Source: Eledone cirrhosa (lineage: Eukaryota). Taken from it: a stretch of 64,000 nucleotides of DNA. The position numbers were made by a program, and so were the translations under genes. Location of the stretch: contig OZ024754.1 in the NCBI GenBank assembly GCA_964016885.1, positions 2,542,001 to 2,606,000 on the forward strand, read 5' to 3'. Position 1 is the first letter of the stretch, and each line of letters starts with the position of its first letter. The notes beneath the pieces are model-generated. The model worked only from the letters and a program-made list of their open reading frames with translations. It made no database searches and was not told the origin of the DNA. Positions 1-14,164 of this stretch are shown piece after piece.

Positions 1-5
1 CCTTA

Positions 6-540
6 GTGTACTAGAGACCTTAATTGCTCTACAAATCATGCCCTTTAGTTTGTCTAGATCTTATTTAGGGTCAGAGCCAGATTTAGATCTTGGGGCCCGG
101 GGCATTTCAGATTTGAGGGACCCATCATACACAAACATTAGAATACACAGCAGCCCCAACAATGTATATATCAATGTTAGCTTGGAGCAAGTAATTGGAA
201 TTGAAAGGTTATATATACAGGTATTAAATTCAAAGATTTCTAACCATCCTAAAACTAAAAAGTCCAGCTGAGGGCACAAACAAATTGCTACGGCCTTCGC
301 TGGTGAACCCTCCACCCCCACTGCAGGGAACCACGGGGTAATAGCCTCCTTTGCTCCCCATTAAATACGGCTCTGGGCTTAATTGAGGGAACAGGGTGAT
401 AGAAACGTACATCCCCGTGTGTAGATGTGACAGTCTATAACTAGTATACCTGTAAATGCTATTCACCTAGGTGTAGTGGAGACCTTTACTGCGCTACAAA
501 ACCTGCCCTCTAGTTTGTCTAGATCTTGTTTCGGGTTGTC
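6..540. repeat. Diverged ~65-bp direct repeat about 465 bp apart (6-70, 471-536)
   Basis: gagacctt...ctacaaa...tgccct.tagtttgtctagatctt.ttt.ggg occurs twice. Confidence 0.7.
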
Positions 541-1081
541 TATTTAAATCTGATGATGATGTCTACGTCTTTAAACGTGAGATATCTTGATTCAATAATC
601 CTATCCTGGACTCGCAGTTTCGATTCCAGGTGTTATTATATACAGTATATGTGACCTTGTTGGACTGAGGTTCCATCTCTCCTGAATCTCTGACACACTC
701 CTTCATTTGTCTTCTCCCTCTTCAACATACATACCCCCACCAAAGCAGACCAATGTTTTGGGGGTATGGAAGGGCAATGCTCCCTTTTCTCGTTGGCAGT
801 TACCAGATGCTCGGAAACAAAATACGCTGAAAATTACCATCTATATTATGTTTGTTATTGATGTAGTTGTTGTTGTTGGTTTATAGTCTTATAGTCTTTC
901 ATTTGATCCTAATGTTCTTAAGTCAGGTGAGGACCTTTTAGTATTGTACTCTTTGACCTTCTAACACAAATTTCATCACAGGTGATGACGGAGTACAGAA
1001 ATATAAGAGGATAGAATTGATGTTGTTTATAAATGAGATGGATGACTATTTCTATCTCATCCACACGCGCGCACACACACA

Positions 1082-1153
<72 letters not shown>

Positions 1154-1791
1154 AACACATACACACACAGACAAACACAGGCACACACACACAAACACAT
1201 ACACAGGCACATACACACACTCACAGACAGACGGATACACACACACACACACGTGCACGTGCAGATGTCGGTAATTCCACATAGAAAATTAACACGCACA
1301 GTCACACACACACACACATGCATTTGAACGATGTTAGTAATTACACATACGTACATATTAATTTACCCGCACACACATGCACGCACATGCACGTGCAGAT
1401 GTCGGTAATTATGCATATACATTAACATACACCCTCACACACACACACACATGAAACACAGGAAAATGTATTTTTAATTAAATAGACGGCCTATACTTAA
1501 GGAGAACGATAAGTAAGTAGAATATGTTGTGTATGTAACATGTGTGTAAACACACTGCATTAGTGTTCCTGTTTGTATACATAACAAATTCAAATTTGAT
1601 CCTCTATATAAATTAAAAAGTATTTTTTTTATATTCAAATTTAAATTCCCGTACTATGTTTAGACACAGTAAGGGTGGACTCCGTTATGTTTTAATGTTA
1701 AAAAAAAAAAATCACCAGATGTCACCACGTAACACCTACGTTTCCGCTGGGAGTTAAAGGCTCAGGGAAGAAATAGATGGAAGGTAAATTT

Positions 1792-1976
1792 AATTGTTTC
1801 TAATTTTGGCACAAGGCCAGCAATTATCCAGTACATTACTGGTACTTTATTTTATCGACCCCGTAAGGATGAAAGGCAAAGTTAACCTCGGCGGGATTTG
1901 AACTCAGACCGTGAAGGGACGTAACTATGCCGTAAAGCATGACGTCTGACCCTCTACCGATACTGCCAATTCACCT
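1792..1976 (-). mobile_element. tRNA-derived SINE, family A (Meta/MESC-like central domain)
   Basis: A box TGGCAGTATCGG, B box GAGTTCAAATCC, central gcctttcatccttacggggtcgataaaataaagtaccag. There are many copies in the window. The domain name is from recall. Confidence 0.9.
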
Positions 1977-2927
1977 ATTAGACAATGTACTAGTTAAGGG
2001 ATAAATGGGGGGGGGGGGGGTGAGGGGATGTAGTGTGTGTAGATAAGGCATGCTCATTTGGTAGCAAATTGACAGTGAATAACGCTACAGTCTACTAACA
2101 AAATAACGTTTATGACATTTGTATCACTTTGAAATAAATGTTTCTTTAACTTCTTCTCAACAACGATACTTCTAACTTTTGAAATGACTTTCATTAATTT
2201 AAATATGTTGAGAGTGAAAGTAAATAATGCTAGAATCCACTACCAAAGTAACGTTTATGATAGACATGACTCTAAATGTTCCTTTACAAAATATGTAGCC
2301 ATGTGCTTACACTGGAAATCAATACAGATCAGTGAGTCCGATCGAATTTCCAACATCCTGTAGATACTTTGGCATTGTGCCTATTCAAGAGTATTTTGCT
2401 ATATACTGCAAGCAATAATTAATTAAATATTGAATTGATTAATTAAAAAATAATTCTTAGATGTAGAATAACATTTCTGCTAAGAAGATTGAATTTCATT
2501 TAGTGGAATTAAAATATTTTACTGTTTTCAGTCCTTTAATAAACTCTTGATTAAAGTGAAGAAATTGCTGAAGCAAATATTATCTCTTGTGGTGAACGAA
2601 GAATATTCTACTCACACGCATTGCCAGCCATGGCTGTGGTAGTACACACGCACATCAACGTGTATCTGTGTTTGTTAGTGCATATGTGTGAATGTGTGTG
2701 CATGGTTTACAAGATCACTTCGCAATCATCTGGTGCCAAGTTCAATCTCAGTACTCCGCAGATATTTTGAGCAAGTAATTAATATCTGCCACAGTTTCGG
2801 GTTAAAGAATACGTTAAGATTCAATGTGTCTTTACACATCGGGTTGGCCCAAAACCTGTCGATATATCATGTAATTAAGTCTGGCATATATATATATATA
2901 TGTATGTATGTGTGTGTGTGAAATATT

Positions 2928-2990
<63 letters not shown>

Positions 2991-2993
2991 GTA

Positions 2994-3215
2994 ATTTCAA
3001 GGGTACCAAAAAACTTTGGTTCGCTTTCAATATATATGTTGGTACCCTTGAAATGTAGGAACCCTTGAAATATATATAACAGAATAAATATGGTTTTATA
3101 AATATAGTTTCCATTTATTTAATATCATTGAATATTTACTCCATATATATCTGTCGAGTGCTCTGAATCAGTTATAAACATTTATATTTGTTGGATTTCC
3201 AATTTCCAACAAATT
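2994..3215 (+). mobile_element. Truncated copy of the 11759-12032 pLTR family with short 5' inversion
   Basis: GAAAtatataTAacagaataaatatggttttataaatatagtttccatttatttaatat...tgtcgagtgct...atcagttataaa matches 11883-11990. There is a 16-bp inverted repeat at 2994-3009 / 3039-3054. Confidence 0.7.
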
Positions 3216-3231
3216 AAATATCCCTTCTACT

Positions 3232-3286
3232 TATACTCTTTTACCTGTTTCAGCCATCCGGCTGAAGCCATGCTGGGGCACCGCCC
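3232..3286 (-). mobile_element. ~55-bp retroposon 3' end (second copy 4026-4080; decayed plus-strand copy ~5520-5570)
   Basis: tactcttttacctgtt(t/c)cagccatccggctga(a/g)gccatgctggggcaccgc occurs twice, each abutting (TA)n. Confidence 0.7.
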
Positions 3287-3326
3287 ATATATATATATGT
3301 ATATAGATTTGATATATATATGCAGT

Positions 3327-3359
<33 letters not shown>

Positions 3360-3400
3360 TTTTTAGATATAAGAATATCTATCTATACACACACACACAC

Positions 3401-3504
<104 letters not shown>

Positions 3505-3952
3505 ATATGTATATGTATATACGCTGAGCGCGAGTGAAATACATAGAGAGAGGGGGGGGGTCTTCCAATGGTGGCGTCTGCATGAAGAATATGTAGTCAA
3601 GTGCGACCGTAATTGAGATGGGGAGCCGAATATGATATTTAATTAATCTAAATATCTATCCACCTATCTATCAGTTCCACCTTGCACATAGAAACACACA
3701 CATACTCTCACATACACACACATATATATACATATATACACATATATATATACATATATATAAGTGTGGTGATCTGTCGCAGGCCCTCCTTCTCTCTCTA
3801 TCTCTCTCTATCCCTCTCAATTATTTCTATATTTCCAGATGGTTCATTTGCAGACTTTTGGGATATCCATGTAAGAAAATCGTGTCTCTCACAAATATAT
3901 TATCAACTACCCACTGACATCAACACACACACACACACACACACACATACAT

Positions 3953-4001
<49 letters not shown>

Positions 4002-4371
4002 AAAATATATATATATATATTTTCTCTTTTACTCTTTTACCTGTTCCAGCCATCCGGCTGAGGCCATGCTGGGGCACCGCATATATATATATATGCGGTG
4101 TATATATATATATATATATACACAAACGCTCGCGCGCTCATACTTATACACATCTCGCACGCATCCATACACACAGACCCATACACATACACATACCTAT
4201 TTACATCTCACATGCATCCACACACACACACGCGTACACATACACATAGACATACTCACACACACACATAACCATATTCACATGCATCCACATACAGTGT
4301 CAAACATATACTCAAAAAGAAACGAACCATAAGAACACAACAGTAAAGACATAATACTAGAATAGGTTAAT

Positions 4372-4560
4372 GGAGTTATTGCTGTATGATTTAGGAGTTC
4401 GATCAGTAACCTCGTGGTTGCAGGTTCAGTCACAGTGCTGTCCCTTCGACAGGTGTTTTATTCCCCCCTTTTTTTAGTTTCCTTTTTCTTACTAATGCCT
4501 CGTGTTGACCAATGCCTTTTGAGTAAAATTTGGTGGACAGCAACTGCAGAAGACTGTCGT

Positions 4561-4561
<1 letters not shown>
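4372..4561 (+). mobile_element. Degenerate tRNA-SINE of another octopus-type family
   Basis: ggttcagtcacag B-box remnant and tail gaccaatgccttttgagtaaaatttggtggacagcaactgcagaagactgtcgta resemble a recalled octopus SINE. Confidence 0.5.
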
Positions 4562-4616
<55 letters not shown>

Positions 4617-4648
4617 AGATCAAAAGATGGTTAAAAGAGTTCCAAGTC

Positions 4649-4716
4649 TTTTATTATGCGCATTTCAAAAACAAATATCATCATGGCTGATATCTGCGTT
4701 CTCATCAGATAAAATA
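4649..4716 (-). ncRNA. Type I hammerhead motif (mirror copy in left arm)
   Basis: The reverse complement reads tattttat-CTGATGA-gaacgcagatatca...tgatatttgttttt-GAAA-tgcgca-TA-ataaaa. Confidence 0.75.
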
Positions 4717-4839
4717 GGGAGACATGATATGAAGCTTAAAAAACACTTGTGAATAGCGAAGTTTTAAATCAACATATGATACGTTGATTTAAAACTTCGC
4801 TATTCACAAGTGTTTTTTATGCTTCATATCATGTCTCCC

Positions 4840-4910
4840 TATTTTATCTGATGAGAACACAGATATCATCCCATGATGATATTTGTTTTTGAAATGCGCA
4901 TAATAAAATA
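4840..4910 (+). ncRNA. Type I hammerhead ribozyme motif
   Basis: tattttat-CTGATGA-[stem II gaacacagatatca...tgatatttgttttt]-GAAA-tgcgca-TA-ataaaata. Stem I has 8 perfect bp, helix III is palindromic, and stem II closes with G-U. Confidence 0.8.
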
Positions 4911-5031
4911 CTTGGAACTTTTTTAACTATCTTTTGATCTTATATTATTTATACTCCAGTCCTATAAACTGTGGAGTGCTACTTATCCGATAATTGCATT
5001 GCTTTATTGTGCTACAATAAAACTCACCTGC

Positions 5032-5115
<84 letters not shown>

Positions 5116-5274
5116 AATAAACAACACAATTAGATGTTTCTGTTAGAATCGTCTAACTTCGTGAAACCTTGGATAATGAAATAATTATATTGAGTTGTTT
5201 ATTACACAATTAAATAGCTCTGTACTATATATAGAGCACTCTTCTTTCCTTTACCTTTTCTACGGAAATACATA

Positions 5275-5324
<50 letters not shown>

Positions 5325-5443
5325 TGCATGGGCGATTGTCGCACTTCCAAAAACAACCTTGCCCAGGCCAATGCCTCGGAGAACATTCTAGGTGCTAATC
5401 TCACGGTCATCCGTGTGAACGAAGGGGGACTTTACTCTGTATG

Positions 5444-5489
<46 letters not shown>

Positions 5490-6034
5490 CATGCATGCAT
5501 GCAAGTATGGCTGACTAAAATGCATGAAAGGCAGTGTCACAGAATGGCCGTAGTCAAATGATTGAAACAAAACAAAAATTAAAGAAAAAATAAGAAAAAA
5601 AGTATATAAGAATAAAACAATAAACGAAACTTAGGAATCAAACAAACAAACAACAAAACAACAAAACCAACTACAACGATGACTATTACTGTTGTCACAA
5701 CGACGACGATAACGACAACGACTACTACAGCAATGGCGATGAATATCGTCTGCTCTAGTCATTTCTTTAAAACAACAGGAATTTGAAAACTATACGAGTG
5801 AATCTTATAAAGTTGGGATGCGAGAAAGACTGGAGAATATATTCAGGAAGTAACGAAAAACTACAGATAAAGATAACACTGTTATCTTTATACGTATTTC
5901 TGTGTGTGTTTTGTTGTTGTATTCCTGTTGTTTTTACACTTTGTGTGGGGTGGAAATGCAGAGAAAAAGAAAGTAAGGGTTTTTTTGTTATTTTTTTGTG
6001 ATATTGGGTTGGTTTTTGTTTTATTAGCTTCCTC

Positions 6035-6074
<40 letters not shown>

Positions 6075-6089
6075 TATATATATATATAC

Positions 6090-6120
<31 letters not shown>

Positions 6121-6195
6121 AATATATATATATATAAATATATATAAATATAAATATATATAAATATATATATAAATATATATAAATATATATAA

Positions 6196-6231
<36 letters not shown>

Positions 6232-6913
6232 TACACATATATGTCTGTATATATACGAAAGAAAATGAAAAAGAAAGACAACAAACCAACAAACACAAAT
6301 ATACAAGCAAATACATAGAATAAAAGAATGAAATAGAAAAAAGAAACAGGAATGAAAAATAACAAATATAAAACAAATATAAAAAAAAACAAAATAAAAT
6401 GAAGGAAAAGGAAAGAAGGAAATCAGACACCAACAGAGAAAAGGGGAAAAAGACAAATAAAATGGCGGCGACATAGGGAGAATAAGAAGAGTGTAGGAGG
6501 AGCAGGAGGAGAAGGTGAAGGAGGAAGAGGAGACGATGTAAGAGGGGAAGAAGGCAAAAAAAATGGTGGCGACATAGGGAGGATAAGAAGAGTGTAGGAG
6601 GAGGAGGAAGAGGGGTGTGTGGAGGAAAAAGGGGGGGGGGGAGGGAGAAGAAGGAGGAGGTGTAAGAGAGAAGAAGGCAAGATATGGTTTACTTGAAGAT
6701 TGGAGGATTAGTTTAGTTAATAAAGAAGGAACGACATGTATTGAGATGGTGTGAGTAGAATAAGAGATTGTTATAGAATAGGTGGTGGTGGTGGTTGGGG
6801 TAGTGGTGGTGGCGGTTATGTTGCTGATGGTGAGACGGTGATGGTGGTTGGGGTAGGGCTGAAGTTGATGATTGTTAGGATGATGAAGATTTTGACAATA
6901 ATGTCGTTAATAC

Positions 6914-7280
6914 TTGTTTCTACTTTTGGCACAAGGCCAGCAAATACCCAGTACATTACTGGTACTTTATTTTATCGACCCCGTAAGGATGAAAGGCAAA
7001 GTTAACCTCGGCGGGATTTGAACTCAAACCGTAAAGGGACGTAACTAGGCTAGAAAGCATGGCGTCCAACCCTCTACCAATACTGCCAATCCATTTGCTA
7101 GAGTTTCTACTTTTGGCACAAGGCCAGCAATTACCCCAGTACATTACTGGTACTTTATTTTATCGACCCCGTAAGGAGGAAAGGCAAAGTTAACCTCGAC
7201 GGGATTTGAACTCAGACTGTAAAGGGACGTAACTAGGCTAGAAAGCATGGCGTCCAACCCTCTACCGATACTGCCAATTC
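6914..7280 (-). mobile_element. Two head-to-tail SINE A copies (6914-7093, 7103-7280)
   Basis: Same consensus twice, about 10 bp apart. Confidence 0.9.
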
Positions 7281-8149
7281 CGTTAATAATGATATCGATT
7301 ATGGTGGCGTTAGTGGTGCTGATGGTGGTTATCACGGTTTTAGTATTAAATGTGGTGATGCTACTGGTATTTAAATATAAATATACTTTAGTTGTAGAAG
7401 TGACCTCCGAACGCGTATCCTCCACCATCAACTAACTTGCCCTCTACCTCTGGGTCCCTGTCGACAGGATGGGGAAGGAATTGCCCTGGAGGACGTTGAG
7501 AGATACGTGCTGAAACAGCCATTTCACCTCCCAGTGCAAGCATTTAATTTCAACTCTTCTTATTAATAATTCCATTGTTTCTTCCCTGGAACTATATTCA
7601 AAGAGAGGCAGCGTGATTGAACGGGTATTGAACATGAATATTTCAGTTTGTTAATTCTGATATCTCTTTCATTAGGCTTATCGTATGAAAACTGTGTCTG
7701 TAAATCCTGTATGTTTGTATAAAATTCTATCCTATCTTATTTCACAAATGCGCCTTTAGGATTTTACTGGGATGTCTTTGCATAACTAATACCAATTCCC
7801 TGTAGTTTAGAGACCTATTCTTTTTCAGTTTACTCACTGGCTAATCTACAAGTTGTTTTTTCATTTGCTTCTTATTTCTACTGCAATGATCAAAGGTTAA
7901 GAGTATTTTCTTGTTCCTTCAATTAATTATCGATTTACTAAAACACAGCATTTTGTTGACATTGTCAAAACCAACAAAATCTTTCCCATTTTCTGTGGAA
8001 TGAATGCAACGAAACGGATCTTATGTTTAAATAAATATATACCAATGCATGAATTTTTTAATATCTAAGTTACTTATGTCATATGGCATTTATTAACTTC
8101 TATTTCAACTCTTTCTGGTCTCTCCAAGGAACGGTTCTTCTAAGATTAA

Positions 8150-9050
8150 GATGAAATATCATACCATGTCTAAATAGTTCAACAGAAATACGACGTGGAT
8201 CCACAAGCAGACCAGTCATATACTATACGGGATCTTCAAAATTGCTTGAAAGACACGATTAAGAATAATCTTTATGAATTATTGAATTTCGAAGCAAAGA
8301 CGTTGTGTGTCTTGGGAATAGCAGTTATGAAGAAACACAAACAAATACCGGCGACTTGTGTTGGTACCTACAAACTCTTGGTGTGGTTTACATTTTCATA
8401 TTATTTACGTCGCCTCAATCCTATCCCAGTTCTAATATTCATCTTCAGAGTTTCTGCTATTTTCTTTAGTTAAATATACAACTAATATATTATTTTGGTT
8501 TAAGTTGTAGTCTAATATGATGTGTAATTAGAAACGTTTGTTTTTGTATACCGAAGTTCGTTTTTCATTTTCAACTTGAGTGTACTAAAAAATTCCCGAC
8601 GGACTTGAAACTGTAGGATATGAAAGCTAATCAAACTAATACACCAGGCTCCATCGAAGATTCCTGCATTGATTAGGAATTGATCTCATGTTAAGTAATG
8701 TCAGACAATTTATTTTTAAGAAAAGTATATTATTTTATATGACGTTCATATCATGTTTGAGAAATGACTTGGCTTCAACCTGCAACCGACACCATTCAGT
8801 AACCACAGCTTACCGCTATGGGTTTAGACATCAGTGAACATTACTGGTCGTTTTAATATTCACTTAGAAGCAGTTTAAGATGGAGAGAGGCCGACCCCGC
8901 AGCCGCTGGGGGGTGTTACATTGAGGCTGGATTAAGAAAACTGGATGTCAACTGGAGTGGAGTGGCTAGAGCAACCCAGGATTATGTACGACGGTGGAGG
9001 GTCGTTAATAGCATATGATCCACAGAGAGTTGTGTGACTGAATGATGATA
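8150..9050 (+). mobile_element. Highly decayed RTE-clade LINE remnant
   Basis: ADQSYTIRDL...LYELLNFE resembles RT TDQIxTLR...LYxxFIDFEK. RGRPRSRW followed after a frameshift by IEAGLRKLDVNWSGVARATQD resembles the RTE C-terminus. Confidence 0.6.
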
Positions 9051-9129
9051 AATGACTGGTTGGTGTAACTAAGTTGACACACTGCTCCATTACTGAGACA
9101 CTATTTTGACAATGCTAAAAATCATTGAC

Positions 9130-9448
9130 GCAAAGAGTTACGGCCCTTTCCATTCTGAGTTCAAATCCCGCCGAGGTTAACTTTGCCTTTCATTCTTACG
9201 GGGTCGATAAAATAAAGTACCAGTGATACACTGGGTAATTGCTGGCCTTGTACCAAAAGTAGAAACAATTATTTCTAAAAGCAGATGAACCTCGGCGGGA
9301 TTTGAACTCAAACCTTATTATTATTATTATGGTCTGAGTTCAAATCCAGCCGAAGTTAACTTTGCTTTTCCTCCTTACGGGGTCGATAAAATAAAGTACC
9401 AGTAATACATTAATTGCAGGCCTTATGCCAAAAGTAGAAACAATTATT
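9130..9448 (+). mobile_element. Two 5'-truncated SINE A copies (9130-9273, 9333-9448) with an inverted fragment (9286-9311) between them
   Basis: B box, central domain and tail motifs repeated. Confidence 0.85.
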
Positions 9449-9846
9449 AATAAATAATATTAACATCTCCTTGTCTCCGCTTTTCTAAAAAACAGTATGC
9501 CTCATTGTATGTTTTTCCTAACTATATTTCGAAGATTTAAAATACTGATATGTTGGATATAAATATATTTACATTAACTTGAAATAATGTTATTAATATT
9601 TAAAGATAAGAAAACATGAGAGGACATAGAACTTTCACTAATTTAATTCGCTCTTAAAAACCATAACAATACCTCATCTGAGATTCTTGATATGTAAGAT
9701 ATAATTAATGGAATATAATGTTATTTCAGATATCACAGATAGCAAAGGGGAATTGAAAAACACCGTGGTGTATATAAAGGTGGGTTTATTAATTATTCTA
9801 GAAAGGAAAACTAATGGAAATTATATATACATATATATATATATAA

Positions 9847-9976
<130 letters not shown>

Positions 9977-10057
9977 GGTAAACAAAAGTAACAAAACAAA
10001 TTACACAGTACATGGAATAAATATATTCGTTTAACACTTGAACTAGCTGGAAGAGAG

Positions 10058-10093
10058 TCTTAGCGTTTCGGACTCTAGTCCTTCATCAGAAGA
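10058..10093 (-). ncRNA. Minimal hammerhead-like motif, pLTR fragment beside (GT)n
   Basis: The minus strand reads tctt-CTGATGA-aggact(ag)agtcc-GAAA-cgc-TA-aga. Stem I is weak. Confidence 0.6.
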
Positions 10094-11316
10094 TAGAGTT
10101 AGAAATAGAAGATACATAGAAAGTAAAGAGTGATAACAGGGAGAAGAAATTGAAGGTTCATCGTTGGCGACGACGAAGGACCAACACATGCATATGTTAG
10201 CATTTGGGTGAATATTTTATTCAAAGTTTCGTGCCTTTTTTCCTATGTCAACATCCATAGTGAAGGTGTGTATATGTACCTGATTGTGTGTGTGTAAGGA
10301 TGTGTGTGAATGTGTGTATGTGTGAGTGTTTGTGTATGTATGTGAGTGTGTTGATGTGTGTGAATGTGTGTATGAGAGAGTGTGAGACATAGCGGAAGAG
10401 AGAGATGGGGTAAGAGGGAGTGGAAAAAAGAGTAAATGAGAGAGAGAGTAAGAGAGAGAGAGAGTGAGAGAGAGGGAGAGAAACTGGGAGAGAAAGAGAA
10501 AGACAAATAGAGAGAAAGAGAGAGTCAGATAGTGAGAAAGAAAGAGAGAATGAGTCAAAGACAAATATAGAGAGAAAGAGAGAGACAGACAGACAGAAAA
10601 AATAGAGAATGTGAAAGAGAGAAATTACGAGCAAAACAGAAAGAGATAGATAGAGAGAAACAAACAGAGAGAGATTAGAAAGAAAGACAGACAGACAGAT
10701 AACCAAACAGATAGAGAGCGGAGAGCGAGGGGTGAGAGGGGGGAGCTACAATCTTCTGTTGAGGGTGTCACGAAACAGTTTATTCCCTGGTTCTTTTATG
10801 GCTGACCTGGCATTTATTTCAGCCGTGATTTATTCATAAATAATATACACCATTGGTCTGAATAATTGTGACCCCAATGACCTTCTAGTCAGCAAATACT
10901 AGATATTTCAACATCATAACATTTCGGACACTGTCAGCCAGCACTGTTCACTTCTGGTCAATGCTAGCTATTGTTGGTCATTGCTGGTCACTCGGCTGGT
11001 CAATGTCTGCACCAATGCTAGTGTTTACTGGTCAAATTATGTTAGTGAATATAGAAATGGTAATGTGGTGGTTTGGCATCGTAGGCGTCAAATGTCACAG
11101 CTCCAGTTCTTCAAATTCTTGCAAATAAACGGTAAAAATGACATTCTGTCTGTGTCTGGAGTTGTCTGTGTGTGTGTAGTGTCGTGGGTGTGTGTAGGTG
11201 TGTGTGTGTGTATGTGTGTGTATGTATACGATTGTAAGAACCTTTGTGCATATGTGTCCGTCCATATCCGTATACACACATATATATGTGTGTGTATGTA
11301 TAATATATATATCTAC

Positions 11317-11384
<68 letters not shown>

Positions 11385-11413
11385 GTGCATGTGTGTGTAT
11401 ATCTATCTATATA

Positions 11414-11576
<163 letters not shown>

Positions 11577-11613
11577 ATTAAATAAATGGAAACCATATTT
11601 ATAAAACCATATC

Positions 11614-11679
11614 TATTTCATTATATATATTTCGGGGATATCATATTAACAATATGCTATGCCTTCCTCAGACAAAATA
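11614..11679 (-). ncRNA. Type I hammerhead motif (mirror copy)
   Basis: Reverse complement of 11837-11902. Confidence 0.72.
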
Positions 11680-11836
11680 CAATATAAACAGTTTTATAGA
11701 TAAATAGATTCGACATACCGTTATAACACCGACTTCCATTTGAAGAGGTTTAAGCTGCCAGCTTAAACCTCTTCAAATGGAAGTCGGTGTTATAACGGTA
11801 TGTCGAATCTATTTATCTATAAAACTGTTTATATTG

Positions 11837-11902
11837 TATTTTGTCTGAGGAAGGCATAGCATATTGTTAATATGATATCCCCGAAATATATATAATGAAA
11901 TA
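11837..11902 (+). ncRNA. Type I hammerhead ribozyme motif
   Basis: tattttgt-CTGAGGA-aggcatagcatattgttaatatgatatcccc-GAAA-tatata-TA-atgaaata. Stem I has 8 bp including two G-U pairs. Confidence 0.75.
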
Positions 11903-12030
11903 GATATGGTTTTATAAATATGGTTTCCATTTATTTAATATTGTAAATATACTCCAAATATTTGTCGAGTGCTTTTATATCAGTTATAAATATTTACTAG
12001 TTGTAACCCAACAATTTTAAATATAACTTT

Positions 12031-12092
<62 letters not shown>

Positions 12093-12206
12093 ATGTGGGT
12101 ATATGCACACATATATACACATGCATACGGGCATATATATCTGGAAGTCTATATACATGTGTGAATGTATATTCATGTGTGTGTTTATGTGGGGGATATA
12201 TTTCCT

Positions 12207-12267
<61 letters not shown>

Positions 12268-12831
12268 TATATAGTATATATATATATATATATATAGTAT
12301 ATATATATATATATATAGTATATATATATAGTATATATATACAGTGTATATACTCATATATATGTGTGTGTGTGTGTATTTGCTTTCATGTGAGTATTTG
12401 TGTGTATGATCATGTGTTATGCCTGTCTGTCTGTCTGTTTGTCTGCCCTCTGTAAGAGGGCGGCGAGAGGGGTGGGGGTGATGAATTGACAATGAAGTTT
12501 AACCCTATAATAACACTAAAACTACCAATCACAGTCGTTGCACATTTCTTTCGTGCCAAAATATTCCAAATGACTGAGATACCAATAAGTTTAAGTGAAA
12601 CAAAGGAAGATGCGAGTGTGGCGGATATCCTTGCTAGGAACTGTGGAATGAGTGTGAAAAGGGAAGGAAAGAAAGAACGAGGAAGGAAAGAAAGAAAGAA
12701 ACACCAAAAAAGGTGGGGGAGCGGTGGAGAAGAAATCTTTAATATATAATAATAACTTCTAACTTATGCACAAAGCAATATATTCGGGGCTGGAATATAA
12801 CATAATCATATAAATAAATATATATATATAT

Positions 12832-13020
12832 AATTGTTTCTACTTTAGGCACAAGGCCAGCAATTACCCAGTGCATTACTGGTACTTTATTTTATCGACC
12901 CCGTAAGGATGAAAGGCAGAGTCAACCTCGGCAGGATTTGAACTCAGATCGTAAAGGGACGTAACTATGCTGGAAAGCATGGCGTCCGACCCTCTACTGA
13001 TACTGCCAATCCACCGCCCT
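12832..13020 (-). mobile_element. SINE A, full length
   Basis: Complete head agggcggtggattggcagtatc through tail agtagaaacaattat. Confidence 0.9.
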
Positions 13021-13221
13021 ATAAATAATATCCTTAATAATATATATATATATATAATATTAAGGATACTATTTATAGTTATGTATATTTAAAACTTTTT
13101 ATAGTTATGTATATTTTAAACCATAAACAGGGAGAGTCAGTAATTTATTACTACCTTATTACCAGTAAGATAAATAGCTCAATGTAATAACATCAGTTGT
13201 TCTACAGAGCAGTTATATAGA

Positions 13222-13355
<134 letters not shown>

Positions 13356-13396
13356 CGAAACATAAGTCAATTGCATGAACTCATAATCCTTTATTT

Positions 13397-13452
13397 ACTG
13401 CTATATATATTTCGATGATAGCCATTGAATGGCTATGACCTCATCAGGCAGT
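13397..13452 (-). ncRNA. Type I hammerhead ribozyme motif within ~165-bp insert (13351-13515) between (TA)n tracts
   Basis: The minus strand reads actgc-CTGATGA-ggtcatagccat(tca)atggctatcatc-GAAA-tatata-TA-gcagt, followed by AATAAA. The core is intact with a G-C closing pair on stem II. Confidence 0.85.
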
Positions 13453-13515
13453 TAGTCAGTTCTTAGATATGCCAGCTCTGTGTTTATAGTGTTGATGGTA
13501 TCAGAGCCTTGCGAC

Positions 13516-13559
<44 letters not shown>

Positions 13560-14041
13560 CAATTTCTACTTGACCGGCAACTGCTCTGTATAATCAGTTC
13601 CTGATTATTACTAGAAATTCTATGAGAATCAAACATTCATGATTTTCAGCAAATAGGTGGAGTACTTGGCTTTGATAAGTACCAATCAGTACGAAACATA
13701 GCTCTGTCAGCTTTATCTCTCCTGTTTGCTGAAAATTTAAAGTAAGTGAGACTGTCACTACTCTAAAACAATAGCATAAGGTCTTCGAAATGCTTTTAAT
13801 TAAGCATACAGTGTATTGCAAAATACACTATATATACATTCATATATATATATATTTTTTTTTCTTTTCTTTTCGTCGCTATAGTCACTGCGGCCCGTCT
13901 ATCGGTCGCTGTATTCGATTTGCAAAGCTGTCTAAACGTAATGTTATAACTCTAGGGTAATATACCCTATTGAGTGCTTAGCTGCACACCGAGACTGCAT
14001 TCGTTAGCTTGCCTGCAACCAGAGCTTCGTTGATGCTGTAC

Positions 14042-14080
<39 letters not shown>

Positions 14081-14164
14081 ACTAGATTTGATGAAATAAA
14101 TCACTGCCAATACTGGAATTGAACTATCAAGACCGTAGACGTATGTCATATATCAAATCATATA

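Larger units (their letters stand above)
4608..5034 (+). mobile_element. Penelope-like pseudo-LTR element with inverted 5' duplication (arms ~4608-4773 and ~4783-4948) and unique 3' tail, inside (TA)n
   Basis: The arms are reverse complements with a few mismatches, each contains a hammerhead motif, and (TA)n flanks both sides. Inverted partial pLTRs carrying hammerheads are an established PLE feature. Confidence 0.75.

Noticed and set aside
4608-4948. Palindromes as sequencing or assembly artefacts
   Set aside because: The arms here and at 59005-59122 have diverged, and the architecture recurs in unrelated families. An artefact remains possible only for the perfect cases at 11571 and 32449.
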